Assembly (NCBI GenBank): GCA_023205875.1
Contig: CP060754.1
Span: forward strand, 1,736,001 to 1,800,000
Direction of reading: 5' to 3'
From: Chloropicon primus
Taxonomy: Eukaryota
DNA length: 64,000 nucleotides
A program made the translations under genes and the position numbers. This document shows positions 56,201 to 64,000 of this stretch, piece after piece. The notes below the pieces were generated by a model. That model worked only from the letters and a program-made list of their open reading frames with translations. It did not search any database and was not told the origin of the DNA. Position 1 is the first letter of the stretch. Every line of letters starts with the position of its first letter.

Positions 56201-56740
56201 ATGGAGGTGGCGGAGTTGGAGAGGAGGACGAAAGGGTTCCGTGGGAAGTACGGCGGAGAGGGGTGGAGGGAGGGGTTTCGCGACAGGTGGGATGCGTTCG
56301 GTTTGGACGGAAGGAGGGCGAGGATCGAAAAGGCCAAGGAACTTGTGATGCTGGAAGCGTTTGCGGTGGGTGTTCACCCGGAGATCCTCAAAGGGTGCTG
56401 CCACGAGATCGACGGGTCGGACGCCTGGAAGGAGTTGGAGTCCGCGGCGTCGGTGGAGTCTCTGATCGATGGGGCGCTGTCGCCCTCCGCGGAGGCCGTG
56501 GTCGGGGGAAGCGTCGCAGACGCCTCGGGAGCGGAGCTCAAGGCCAAGTTCGTCCGGGAAGCCGTCAGGGCCACCAGTGCTGGCAAGCGGATGTCGAGCG
56601 AGGAGGAGGACGCCCTCTCGGCCTTCCAAGGGAGCCTCTGGGACTCCTGGCGAGCCTACTTTCTGTGCTGCTTCGCCATTGCCCTCCTCAAGTCCTCGAC
56701 CCCGACGCCGACGAAGGGCGAAGCGCCTCCTCCATCGTAA
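56201..56740 (+). CDS. Hypothetical protein (179 aa)
   Basis: ATG in GCGCCATGG context; coding-like codon usage; fills the gap between neighbours. No motif recognised. Confidence 0.5.
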   Translation: MEVAELERRTKGFRGKYGGEGWREGFRDRWDAFGLDGRRARIEKAKELVMLEAFAVGVHPEILKGCCHEIDGSDAWKELESAASVESLIDGALSPSAEAVVGGSVADASGAELKAKFVREAVRATSAGKRMSSEEEDALSAFQGSLWDSWRAYFLCCFAIALLKSSTPTPTKGEAPPPS

Positions 56741-57150
56741 TGTCGTCCCCTTTTGCGGTCCTCTAAGCTCATGTAATCGACGCAAGAGAGAGCCTCCGAT
56801 CGTCATCGACCCTTTTCCTTGGCCTGTCCCCATGACATTGCTGCTGTGCTGTCCACTCCATCTCCTCCATCTTCTCCAGCTGGCGTTTCCCGCGCGCGAG
56901 GCAGAAGTAGGGTTTCGCGGGGGAGGCGAAGCACGAAGAGGAGAAAAAGAAGATCGGGGTGATCGATCGGTCACAAGCGACCACAACCAAAGGAGAGGCA
57001 ACGACGGGGGAGGAGCGGGGGGTGGACGCGGACGAGGACGAGGACGCACACGACCGGCCCGCGACCACGACCCAAGGGCGACACCTTGACCCTGGACTTG
57101 CCGGGAGACGGACGGACTTGCGCGCGTGGCGTGCGACGAGGAGGGAGGAG

Positions 57151-60100
57151 ATGGGCGAGGAGATGGAAGTGGATCCCGCGCCACGGCAGGGAGGTGCGGG
57201 GGAGGAGAAGGAGGAGAAGGAGGGGGGCGGGGTCGACCAGACCGACGTGAAGGAGGACCGGGGACGCGAGGGGGGGAGCGAGAAGGCTTCGGAGGAGAAG
57301 AAGGACGAGGAAGGATCGGCGGGCAAGGAAGGATCGGCGGGCGCCGCTGTCGCCGACAAGGGGGGCCAAGGCGAAGGAGTGGCTGCCAAGGAAGATCTGG
57401 GGGCCCAGGGCGCCGCGAAGGCGGAGGAGGACGAGGAGAAAGCTGCGAAGGAGAGACTTGGACCCCTCGACCTCGGTTTCTTGCCGAGCGCGCGGGGCGT
57501 GATCCTCCCGGGAGCCCCGGTCTTCAACACTTGCAGGCTCTCCATGGCGTCGTGGAAGAAGTCGTGCGACGAGGCCCTTGGCGCGAACGCCTCGCAAGTG
57601 AACACCACCGCGGTGAGGGACGTGGTGGGGAAAATGCTGACGATACTCTCCGCCAACACGGAAGCCGTCAGGCAGAGCCTGCCGGTGAGGCTGTGCTACA
57701 GGTACCTGGAGGACACGGCGTGCCTCAAGGTGCTGGTCTCGCAGGTCCTCGTGCCTCTGCTCGACATGAGGCAGATCACCATGACCGAGCTGATCGCGAG
57801 CCTGGACGAGAAGCTCGCTTGCCAGGTCATGAACGAGTTCAGCCGGAAGCTGACGGCGAACGCTTTGCAGAAGAAGAAGAAGGTCTTCATCTCTCCGGAG
57901 GTCGACCACGACGAGGCCCTCTTGCTGAAGCAGGTGGTCACCGAACTGGAAGGCCTGATCGTTCCCAGCGCGGCCTTCCCGGGCGTCACCCACATCGTGG
58001 TGAACAAGGACCAGAAGCAGGACCCGACCTTGGAGCAGGCGAAGAGCGAGGGGAGACTGCGGGTGGTGCGCAAGAGCGTGGCCGCCTTCACTCAGGCCGA
58101 CCTCGAGCAGGAGAGACAGGGAGGCTCCCTGCCTTCTCCCACGCCGGGTCACTTGGTGCACCACGTGGGGCTGCCGAACAGCTTTGACACCTTTGTCCCG
58201 GTGGAGAAGGGGGGCTCTCTGGCTGGAGAGCCCACGCAGGCCGACAAGGAACTGAGAGAGGCCGTCCACAAGAGGTGGTCCTCGCAAGAGGCGTGGCACG
58301 TGAGCACCGACTGGGTGAGGCAGTCCGGGCACTGCAAGGAGTGGATGTGCGAGGAGGACTTCGAGGTCCTGTGCATGGAGGACTACGGGGCACGCGCCGT
58401 GGAGGTGATCACCCCGGCCGAGCTCGTGGAGCTCAAGCGACGGACAAAGCTGGCGAGGGAGGAGGAGCAGAGGCAGAAGGCCGAGAGGAGAGAGAGGGAG
58501 AGGAGGGAGAAGGAACGAAAAGAGGCAGAGAAGCTCATGATGGAGAGAAAGAAAATGGAGCAGCAGGCTCAGAGGGAGAAGAGGGACAGGGAAGTCATGG
58601 ACCCGGCCAAGCTGGCGAGGAGGGAGGCCCTGGAGCAGCAACAACAGGCTGCGAAGAGAATAAAACGCGTTCCGTCGCTCATCCACGATGGCCCGGGGGC
58701 CATTGCGTCTGCAGCTATGCAGGCCACAAACGGAGGGTATATGCACATCGGTGGTCCGGGCGGCATGGCCCACATGGGCGATGCCTCGATGGCGGTAGGG
58801 GGCAATTACGAGCCTGATAAGCTCGAGCTGTACAGGATTCCAGCCCATTCCTCGTGGTTCAGGTGGGATAAGATTCATGAAGTCGAGCGAGCGCAAATGC
58901 CTGAGTTCTTCAACAACAAGAGCTCCTTGAAGAGCCCAAAGACCTACCAAGAATACAGGAATTTCATCATAGACAAGTTCAGGGAAGAATCTGCTTCTGG
59001 GAAGAAGATTACCTTCACGCAGTGCAGGAAGTATCTATCAGGGGACGTCAATGCCATTTACAGGATATACGCGTTCCTGGAGCATTGGGGCCTGATCAAC
59101 TTTGACAACAAGCTGAGCAAGGAGCTCATCGAGGTCAAGGAGGAGAAGGACGGAGAGGGCCAAGAGAAGGAGAAGGAGAAAGAGAAGGAGAAGGAGGACA
59201 AGAAGACAAAAGACCTGGGATTGTCTCTGCCGTCGGAACTCCAAGTGGTAACCAGCAAGAAGGGCTTCAACGTGGACAGCCTGGTCAACTTCAATGGTCC
59301 AGTGGCCAGTGGCCACGGGTTCATCTCGCCACTGACCCTGGTGACGAAGAAGAGCAGATCGAAGGGCACTGCACCCTCTCAGCCAGTGGCGAAAGAAGTC
59401 AAGTTCGTTTGCAACGTGTCCGCAAAGGAGTGCACGGGGGTGCGCTACCATTGCACAAAAATTCCTGATTACGACCTGTCTGTGGAGTCCTTCGAGGAGA
59501 TGAAGAAGGGCCTCAAACCGTTTCCTCCGGGAATCACGCAGAGCGACTTCATCAGGATGGATGGGGACACGAGCAGCGCGGAAAGGGATCCAAAGTACTG
59601 GAGCAAGGAGGAGACGCTGTTGCTTCTGGAGGGCCTGGAGACCTATGGTGAGAACTGGGCCGATGTTGCGGAGCATGTTGGCACAAAGTCACAGCTGCAG
59701 TGCATCACATTCTTCCTGTCCCTCCCCATCGAGGACCCTTATCTCGCCGAACTGGATGGAAAGGAGCAAGCCATGGAACCTCAGGACGAAGTCAACCCTT
59801 TTGCGGACACGGGCAACCCGGTGATGGCCCAGGTGGCCTTCCTGGCCACCATGGTGGGGCCAAAGGTTGCTGCTGCGGCGGCCCAGAAGGCCCTGGAGGT
59901 CCTCTTCGAGACTGAGCCTGGGCTGGCATCATCAAGTGAGGCGGCGGGAGAAAGGGAAGGAGGAGGAGAAGAAGGAGCTAGTGGTAGCGGTGACCCGAAG
60001 CCGAAAGACGCTCCGCCTGCGGCAGCCCAAGTCAAGAGTGCAGCCGCCACGGGCCTCGCAGCAGCTGCGGTGAAGGCCAAGCTTCTTGCCGACCAGGAGG

Positions 60101-60543
60101 AGATGGCCATCCAACGCCTTGTGATTGAGGTCATTCAAAAGCAGATGACCAAGCTTGAGAGTAAAATGAGCCGCTTCGAGGAGCTGGATAATTTGTTGGA
60201 GCGGGAAAGGGACGAGATCCACAAAGCCAGGCAGCAACTCTTGATGCAGAAAGTAGTGGCTCAGGAGGAAGCTGTGCGGGCACGGGCAGAAGCCGAGAGG
60301 AGAGCAGAAGCCGAGAGGAGGGCGGAGGCCGAGAGGAGGGCGGAGGCCGAGAAGAGGGTGGAGGCCGAGAGGAGGGCGGAGGCCGAGAAGAGGGTGGAGG
60401 CCGAGAAGAGGGTGGAGGCCGAGAGGATGGTGGACGCCGGGGCACTTGCCAGGACGGAAGTGACGGAGAAGAAAGTGGAGGCAGAGAAGATGGAGGTAGA
60501 TGCGAAGGTGGAAGCTGAGAAGAAGGTTGAGGACAAGGTATAA
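57151..60543 (+). CDS. SWI3: SWI/SNF subunit SWI3/SMARCC with N-terminal BRCT/chromo module, SWIRM, ZZ-like, SANT and coiled coil
   Basis: SWIRM IPAHSSWF..DKIHEVE...PEFF...FLEHWGLINF; SANT WSKEETLLLLEGLE; NPFADTGNPVMAQVAFL; AAVKAKLLADQEE. Confidence 0.93.
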   Translation: MGEEMEVDPAPRQGGAGEEKEEKEGGGVDQTDVKEDRGREGGSEKASEEKKDEEGSAGKEGSAGAAVADKGGQGEGVAAKEDLGAQGAAKAEEDEEKAAKERLGPLDLGFLPSARGVILPGAPVFNTCRLSMASWKKSCDEALGANASQVNTTAVRDVVGKMLTILSANTEAVRQSLPVRLCYRYLEDTACLKVLVSQVLVPLLDMRQITMTELIASLDEKLACQVMNEFSRKLTANALQKKKKVFISPEVDHDEALLLKQVVTELEGLIVPSAAFPGVTHIVVNKDQKQDPTLEQAKSEGRLRVVRKSVAAFTQADLEQERQGGSLPSPTPGHLVHHVGLPNSFDTFVPVEKGGSLAGEPTQADKELREAVHKRWSSQEAWHVSTDWVRQSGHCKEWMCEEDFEVLCMEDYGARAVEVITPAELVELKRRTKLAREEEQRQKAERRERERREKERKEAEKLMMERKKMEQQAQREKRDREVMDPAKLARREALEQQQQAAKRIKRVPSLIHDGPGAIASAAMQATNGGYMHIGGPGGMAHMGDASMAVGGNYEPDKLELYRIPAHSSWFRWDKIHEVERAQMPEFFNNKSSLKSPKTYQEYRNFIIDKFREESASGKKITFTQCRKYLSGDVNAIYRIYAFLEHWGLINFDNKLSKELIEVKEEKDGEGQEKEKEKEKEKEDKKTKDLGLSLPSELQVVTSKKGFNVDSLVNFNGPVASGHGFISPLTLVTKKSRSKGTAPSQPVAKEVKFVCNVSAKECTGVRYHCTKIPDYDLSVESFEEMKKGLKPFPPGITQSDFIRMDGDTSSAERDPKYWSKEETLLLLEGLETYGENWADVAEHVGTKSQLQCITFFLSLPIEDPYLAELDGKEQAMEPQDEVNPFADTGNPVMAQVAFLATMVGPKVAAAAAQKALEVLFETEPGLASSSEAAGEREGGGEEGASGSGDPKPKDAPPAAAQVKSAAATGLAAAAVKAKLLADQEEMAIQRLVIEVIQKQMTKLESKMSRFEELDNLLERERDEIHKARQQLLMQKVVAQEEAVRARAEAERRAEAERRAEAERRAEAEKRVEAERRAEAEKRVEAEKRVEAERMVDAGALARTEVTEKKVEAEKMEVDAKVEAEKKVEDKV
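60286..60429 (+). repeat. Coding tandem repeat, 8 x 18 bp ([A/V]EAE[R/K]R)
   Basis: Visible in both the DNA and the SWI3 C-terminal tail. Confidence 0.92.
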
Positions 60544-60628
60544 CTTTGATCTTCCTGATTATTGTAATAAAGGCGAACCTCGTTTGACAAAGAAACAAAA
60601 AACAAAAGGTGTTTGCCAAAGAAATTAT

Positions 60629-62050
60629 TCAGCAGGGACCTTTATGGAGGAAGACTTGGTTCGAGCTTGGGAGTTCATGCTGTAGTTGGTCCAAATAGCT
60701 GATCGCGCGCAAGACATCTTCAACGAGCTTCTCGCAAAGTGCATACGACATATCTTCCCTGATCACCGCTCTCAGCAACTTTATGTGACCTGCGTTCGGC
60801 GCCATGGTGTACGCCGGAAGCACCCAGCCCGTCTCTTTCAGCTTGTCCGCCAAGTTGAACTCGTCGTAATTGCGCTTGTGCCCACCTGGATGATCCGTGA
60901 GGGAGAAAGCAACCAAAGGGACACCGACGGGCTTGTTCAAGATCTTGAAATGCTTGGTTTCCAAGAGCCTTGTCTCCAAGTGCTTCGCGACCTTTGCAAG
61001 ATTCTGCATAATCTTCCTATAACCGCTTCTGCCCAGCCGTATCAATTGATAATATTGGGCAACGATCGCGGAAGCCCCTTTGGAAAAGTTCAAAGTGATG
61101 GATGGCTGGTCCGAACCAAGATAGTTCGTGTGAAAAACCATGTCCTCGTGGAGAAATTGCTTGCCTTTCCAGATCGCCCAGCCAAGGCCTGGGTACACCA
61201 AACCGTACTTGTGCCCCGAAGCGTTGATCGACAAGACTCGAGGGACTTGGAAGTCCCAGACCAAGTCAGGAAAAAGGAAGGGAGCGACAAATGCTCCGCT
61301 CGCGCCGTCGACGTGGATGGGTACATCGAGCCCCGTTTCCTGCTGGACTTTGTCCAGCGCATTGGAAACGCCCAGACAATCCTCAAACTGTCCATCATAC
61401 GTCGATCCCAGAATCGCCACACAACCGATCGTGTTCTCGTCCACCAAGGGGGCAACATCCTCTGGTTTCAGAGCGTACTGGCCCTCCTTCAGGAAAACAT
61501 ACCGCTCCTCGACTTCGAAGTAACGACAGAATTTCTCCCAGCAGACCTGAACGTTGGCGCCCATGATGAGATTTGGCTTCGTGGCCGGCTTGCCCTTTAC
61601 CTTCATTTTTTCCTTCCACCTCATCTTGAGGTTGAGCCCGCAGAGCATTATGGCCTCCGAGGAGCCGATGCACGCGGTGCCGCAAGCGTCCTCGCCCTTG
61701 CCCTCGGCATGAAACAGATCCGCGAGCATGGCCACACATCTATTCTGGATCTCCAAGCAGCTCGGGTACTGCGCCACGTCCACGTAATTGACGTTAAGAG
61801 ACTTTTTGATGAGCTCCTCGACCTCGGGCTCCATCCACGTTGTCACGAACGAAGCGAGGTTCAGCCGCGGGTTCCTGTCAAGCATGCGCTCGTCGTCGAT
61901 CAATTGCTTCGCGACATGAGCGGGCTCACCGTTGTCAGGCAGCTGGAACTTCGGAATCTCGTTCGCGGTGTATCTGGTCGCAAACGTGTACGAGCTACAC
62001 TTCTCGAGCTCTGCCCCACCCTCCTCCATCTTCTTGCGCTTGCCACTCAT
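60629..62050 (-). CDS. GAD: Glutamate decarboxylase
   Basis: NPRLNLASFVTTWME, GSSEAIMLCGL, IHVDGASG, PLP lysine in SINASGHKYGL. First ATG at 62050. Confidence 0.95.
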   Translation of the reverse strand: MSGKRKKMEEGGAELEKCSSYTFATRYTANEIPKFQLPDNGEPAHVAKQLIDDERMLDRNPRLNLASFVTTWMEPEVEELIKKSLNVNYVDVAQYPSCLEIQNRCVAMLADLFHAEGKGEDACGTACIGSSEAIMLCGLNLKMRWKEKMKVKGKPATKPNLIMGANVQVCWEKFCRYFEVEERYVFLKEGQYALKPEDVAPLVDENTIGCVAILGSTYDGQFEDCLGVSNALDKVQQETGLDVPIHVDGASGAFVAPFLFPDLVWDFQVPRVLSINASGHKYGLVYPGLGWAIWKGKQFLHEDMVFHTNYLGSDQPSITLNFSKGASAIVAQYYQLIRLGRSGYRKIMQNLAKVAKHLETRLLETKHFKILNKPVGVPLVAFSLTDHPGGHKRNYDEFNLADKLKETGWVLPAYTMAPNAGHIKLLRAVIREDMSYALCEKLVEDVLRAISYLDQLQHELPSSNQVFLHKGPC

Positions 62051-62590
62051 GCTCTCCCGTTTGTTCAACACCACGCCTGTTGCCAAAACCTTCAGCCGAT
62101 GTATCAATCGAAAGCCCTTGAGACGCCCTTGCGTTCTTTCCACAGCTCCTCCCTTTCCCCGTCACCTTTCGTGCACAAAGTCCTCGACAAGCACCTACCC
62201 TCTCCCCGTCATGCGCCGACAAACCCCCGCGAGGCGTTACCTCTCTCCTCTAGGGTTTTTGCGAAGCCCAATTCAAGCCAGGAGGCGAGCTAAGAAGGGG
62301 ACGAGGGCAAGAGGGACGAGGGAGACCAGGATCCAAGGAAAGACTTGATTGTTCTCTCCATTGCTTTCCATGGATCAAGAAATGAGTTGGATCTGCCGCT
62401 TGCTTGCTTTGTAACGTGCGCGGCGGTCTCGTGTCGGCGGCAACGACGACGACGGTGACGATGGCAAAAGACAATCATGACACAGAGACCAAAGAGTGAC
62501 ACTGTCAAAAAGTGACATTGTCGTTAATCTACGTTTTACTTATATCGAGTCTCCTAAGGCTTGTGTGCTCTGCGGAAGGAATCTCCCACC

Positions 62591-63295
62591 TCACTCTTCT
62601 TCCTGCTTCCATCCGTCGAGGGAGGCTGGAAAAAAATTCACGAATTTTTTGTTGGTCCTGGGAACCGCCATCATGGCCGCGACTTCCTCGCGCCACTTCA
62701 GGTAGTGGGCCGTGCCCTTGTGGGCCGCTGGGGCATCGGCCGAGGAGTAAACCTCAACAAGGACGAATTTGGTGGGGTCGTCGGCCTCCTGCAGGAGGTC
62801 GAAGCGAGAAACGCCGGGCTCCTTGATCGAGTTGGAGGCGTTCTCGATCGAGGCCTTCTTGAACGCCTCCTCGCAGCCCTCCTTGACTTGGACGAAGACG
62901 TGGACCGCGACGAGGTCCGCGGAGGACGACTCCCTCTCTCCCCTGGAGAGGAAATCCGGCACGGCCCACCCCTCCCGAGTCCCGGGACAGATCGCGGTGT
63001 ACTTGACGCTCGTGCGAGTGACGGCCATCATGGCCGCGACTTCCTCGCGCCACTTCAGGTAGTGGGCCGTGCCCTTGTGGGCCGCCGGGGCATCGGCCGA
63101 GGAGTAAACCTCGACCAAAGTAAAGTTTTTCTTGTCGTCGGCCTCCTGGATCAAATCGAACCTCGCGATCCCGGGCTCCTGCACGCTGTTCGTGGCGTTG
63201 TGGAGGCTCGCCTCCACGAATGCCTCCTCGCACCCGTCCTTCACCTTCACGTCCACGTGCACGGCGAGAAGCCCACCGTCCGCTGTCCCCGCCAT
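62591..63295 (-). CDS. Tandem two-domain ABM/LsrG-like protein
   Basis: Two ~100-aa copies of V.VK.GCEEAF..AS..NA.NS..EPG..RFDL.Q...F.LVEVY......AHK.TAHY. An alternative upstream ATG exists at 63475. Confidence 0.85.
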   Translation of the reverse strand: MAGTADGGLLAVHVDVKVKDGCEEAFVEASLHNATNSVQEPGIARFDLIQEADDKKNFTLVEVYSSADAPAAHKGTAHYLKWREEVAAMMAVTRTSVKYTAICPGTREGWAVPDFLSRGERESSSADLVAVHVFVQVKEGCEEAFKKASIENASNSIKEPGVSRFDLLQEADDPTKFVLVEVYSSADAPAAHKGTAHYLKWREEVAAMMAVPRTNKKFVNFFPASLDGWKQEEE

Positions 63296-63509
63296 CCCCA
63301 CCCCTCTCCTCCCTCCTCCCCACAATCCTCTTTCTCCCGTCCTCCCGTCTCTCCCTCCTTTGCAGTTCCTCCTCCTCCTTGTTTCCCCGTCCCTCCCGTT
63401 CCCCGTCCTTGTTCCACCGTTCCCACTCCTCCTGGTCCCCGCCCTCATCCCTCTCCCCTTCTGGATAAGGCCCATGAGAGATCCTCTCTCTCCCTCTCTC
63501 TCTCTCCCT

Positions 63510-63546
63510 CTAAACCCTAAAACAAAAACCTAAACCCTAAACCCTG
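63510..63546. promoter_or_regulatory. Telo-box-like (AAACCCTA) cluster in a short divergent promoter
   Basis: AAACCCTA at 63512 and 63532 and AAACCCTG at 63539, flanked by CT repeats. Confidence 0.55.
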
Positions 63547-63630
63547 ACCTGAGAGGACGGACGGAGAGGAGAGAGGAGAGGTCGGTCGTCGCTCTCTCTC
63601 TCTCTCTCTCTCTCTGTGGTGGAAGGAAGG

Positions 63631-64000
63631 ATGAGCGTGCCGCTGTCTGTGGCGCTCCTCGTGACGCTCCTGACGCTCCTGACGCCGACGACGTACGTGC
63701 TCCTCGTGAGCAACAAGGGAAGGAACGACAAGGGGAAGGGGTTCCGGTTCGGGTTCCGGTTCCGCAACAACAACAACAGCAACAACAACAACAACCGGGA
63801 CGAGGACGAGGACGAGGGGAAGAGGGGGGATGGGAGGGGGAGGGAGCCGGAGGGGGAGGGGGGAGGGAGGAGGAGGAGCAGGTCGGCGTCCGAGGGGGAG
63901 GAGGGGGAGGACGAGGAGGAGAAGCAGTTGAAGCACCTGTACAAGACGGAGGCGAGCAGGGAGGCCAGAAACCGTTACTTGCTGCTCTGCACTCTCGCTT
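63631..64000 (+). CDS. 5' part of a membrane protein, truncated by the window end
   Basis: ATG 63631 opens MSVPLSVALLVTLLTLLTPTTYVLLVS..., a low-complexity linker and ...RNRYLLLCTLA, with no stop before the window edge. Confidence 0.55.
   Translation, partial: MSVPLSVALLVTLLTLLTPTTYVLLVSNKGRNDKGKGFRFGFRFRNNNNSNNNNNRDEDEDEGKRGDGRGREPEGEGGGRRRSRSASEGEEGEDEEEKQLKHLYKTEASREARNRYLLLCTLA

Noticed and set aside
63631..64000. Assignment of the truncated ORF to an MFS (MFSD5-like) transporter
   Set aside because: Only RNRYLLL is suggestive; the diagnostic sequence would lie beyond the window.

Overview
Gene-dense, GC-rich eukaryotic nuclear DNA with about 35 protein-coding genes. Introns are few and short (GT-AG, with CTRAC branch points), and several proteins carry plastid transit peptides. 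This fits a compact green microalga; Chloropicon-like is an inference from genome style and gene content. Confident genes: SPC24, CCaMK-like kinase, CSDE1/UNR-like protein, CAD-type alcohol dehydrogenase, DIM1, a fused hydantoinase A+B, a carboxylesterase, eIF2-gamma, COPA, GSK3, SMC3, signal peptide peptidase, a complex I NUXM-like subunit, RsmI, an ATL protein, a ULP1-type SUMO protease, SWI3/SMARCC, GAD and a double LsrG/ABM protein. No rRNA, tRNA, CRISPR array or mobile element was recognised. Five observations stand out. (1) A three-gene QSOX locus: a thioredoxin-only gene ending KSEL and an HRR-Erv-only gene ending KEEL lie directly upstream of an intact membrane-anchored QSOX, suggesting a split, ER-retained two-component QSOX. 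(2) A neuropeptide-like secreted precursor with three Gly-basic amidation-type sites. (3) A CCaMK/DMI3 homologue lacking the land-plant regulatory phosphosites. (4) A bacterial-type HyuA-HyuB fusion with a plastid-like transit peptide. (5) Animal-type features in SMARCC (N-terminal module), GSK3 (RxRTxS motif) and CSDE1. All family assignments come from motif recognition by eye, not database searches.
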